Below the pieces are notes generated by a model. That model was given only the letters and a program-made list of their open reading frames with translations. It was not told the DNA's origin and ran no database searches. Of a stretch of 52,952 nucleotides of DNA, positions 50,686 through 52,952 are shown in pieces (within the stretch, counting starts at the first letter, position 1; each line of letters opens with the position of its first letter). Source of the DNA: Paraphysomonas bandaiensis (Eukaryota > Protista > Chrysophyceae); the NCBI GenBank assembly GCA_965644295.1, contig CBFFRP010000660.1, positions 1-52,952 of the forward strand, read 5' to 3'. Position numbers and translations under genes: made by a program.

Positions 50686-51321
50686 ATGATGCAGAAGAAA
50701 GGACTGTTACTACGAAAGCTTCGTGCTTCGAAGGCATTTCATGTAACCTTTAACCTGCCGTAAGTAGCTAGAAACCACACTGTGTTTCATTTATGGTATT
50801 ATATTTAAAGTAGTATAGTACCTAATCATGTGTTGTATGTGTATATATAGTTACGTTGATGCGAGATTTTCAGAAGTAGTAATACAGTAGATTTATATGA
50901 AAAGTAACAATATAATACAATATTTTAGTAAAATATTTTTAAAATATATTATAATTGAAAATATACAAACAACTAAATTTTAATTATCATTCACCCTAGT
51001 CTTCAAATAAGTACATATACAACATTTTTGCATATATGAAACCTGGTGAAATCACTTTACCAGGTTTCATGATCACACCGACTTTTAACGCGTGAATACA
51101 ACACACATATACAATGAAATACCAAATAGACTGAATAATTACCAAACTATACATGATACGCGACTGTACAAGATACGCACATGTGTATGGTGCTAACGCT
51201 CTGCTCAAACGTGTCTTGCTATTATACTATTAGGCCTTATCGTTCAATCTTTATCTCTAATAATATCAAGTATATTCTTGCTAAATATTAAGACTAACCT
51301 TAAATCTTATTTTGGCAGCGG

Positions 51322-52952
51322 ATGAGTTCTAAGACTAACAGTTACGATAACTCCGACTCCGACTCATCGGACAAGAGGAAGGATTCCATGCCACCCTTCG
51401 ACGCCAAGAACTTCTCAAAATGGCAGAAGAAAAGTAGAGCCTGGTTCTTTCGTAAGCCTAAGATAGTATACATCCTAAGAAACGATGCGCCAGAGGAGCC
51501 TATACGTCAAGAGGAAGAAACAGAAGAGGACTACCTATACAGGAAAAACGCCTACGACGAAAATATGCAGTATTTCGAGGAGGGCAACAATTACCTATGG
51601 TCACTTCTATCCAGCGCGGTGATTGGCCAAAACGAGGAAGCAGAGGGTATTATCGAAACAGTCCCTGAAGGAGATGGAAAAAGGGCATGGTCAGAGATCG
51701 AAAAGCATTTCAAAGACAAGACCTCAAATGATACGATAACCGACCTCATTGGCCAACTGCAATCAATCAAAATCAAGCAAGCTCAAACAATCAATCAATT
51801 CCTGGACGAAGTCGAAAAATTGCGATTAAAGCTCGCTACACATGGCCACAAAGTCTCTGAACAAGACCTTATTTCAAGAATACGACAAGGGATGGTCTCA
51901 AATGAGAACCAGACCTATAAGGACCTGGCAATCAACCTCCAAATGAACCCAATTGATGATTATAAAACGCTGATAAGAAGATTGAGAGCATTCGAGCATT
52001 CCACTGTAGGCTCCCTACTATCACAAAATACGGAAACCAAACGGGACAGCGCAAACTACAGCTCAACAGGCAAACAGCCGTTTAACCCCCGTCTACCGAA
52101 GAAGCAGAAGCACAACAACGGGCAGCGAAAACAGAAGAAATTCAACAAGCCCAGCAAAGTCACAAGAGCCTCGCGCGAAGTTAAGTGCTTCAGATGCAAT
52201 GGATCCAACCACATTGCAGCAGAGTGCAAGCACTCGTGGGAACACATACAACAGATGCAGAAGTCCACAAACAAACGAAACGACGACAAAAGAGGGAAAG
52301 GGCATCACTCCAAGAACACATCATCAAAATACCCAAGAAACAGTCATCGGGATTCGAACTTAAGACTGGAAGACTATGACGATGAGGGGCCAAACGATGA
52401 CAATGACTACAGTGCATTCTCTGGGATGATCACAGACAACCACGTCCTACATACGGAACACGAGAAGCAGGAATTTGGCATTCTAGACTCTGGCTGCACA
52501 ATATCAATTACAGCAGCACGAAGCTTACTCTCCGAATTCACTTACGATCAAACCACAATTTACACCGCCAAATCAGGATCAGAAATGCAGGCATTGGGAT
52601 ACGGCAAGCTTGGACTGATTAGCAAGTGCAGGCTAGTTCCAGACGCGTCAAAGACTTTAATTTCTATCAGCCAGTTGACAACAGACGCCAACTGCAATAT
52701 TATATTCGGACCAAACGAGGCACGCGTATACCACGATGGAATTTTGTTAACCACAGCCAGGAAACAAAACGGTCTATACGAGATCAAATTATCCGATTTA
52801 GGTTACATCCAAGACCAGTGCAACTTGGCATCTACATCAAGCGGTTCCTCGATCTCCCTGGCACATCGAAGGTTGACCCACGCATCCATTGGCTTAATTC
52901 AAAAAGCACTAAAGTTGAATCTTGTGAAAGGAATCACTATTTCAAAATCCGA
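51322..52952 (+). mobile_element. Ty1/copia LTR retrotransposon gag-pol, 5' part (open to the window end)
   Basis: Uninterrupted frame from ATG 51322. It contains PFDAKNFSKW, GDGKRAWSEI, zinc knuckle CFRCNGSNHIAAEC, protease ILDSGCT, LISISQL, NGLY and pre-integrase LAHRRLTH. A PBS-like tggcagcgg lies immediately upstream. Confidence 0.95.

Overview
Eukaryotic nuclear DNA with short GT-AG introns and the standard code. Gene content suggests a protist, possibly a stramenopile, but this is inference. Positions 1-2025 hold a long G/A-rich, TE-like minus-strand reading frame cut by a fold-back palindrome. This joins directly to a ~10.9 kb satellite (29 units of 370-379 bp plus a 49-bp partial unit). 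The middle (13.7-37.7 kb) is gene-rich: response regulator, cullin, CoA-binding protein, MATH protein, PAQR/AdipoR-like protein, DHHC acyltransferase, YJU2 and two hypothetical genes. It is interspersed with a ~135-bp MITE-like family, a SINE-like family sharing a LINE tail, and a non-autonomous hAT element. The right part (38-53 kb) is a nest of mobile DNA: a copia RNase H remnant, a 0.9-kb (TACA)n tract, an intact Crinkler-like nuclease-fold+kinase gene bracketed by a ~49-bp inverted repeat, a 70-bp hAT MITE and a 5'-truncated LINE with TSD. It also holds a decayed Polinton-like virus segment (tyrosine recombinase, packaging ATPase, rve integrase), complex local repeats and the 5' part of an apparently intact Ty1/copia element. 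All family calls come from motif recognition by eye; no database searches were run.
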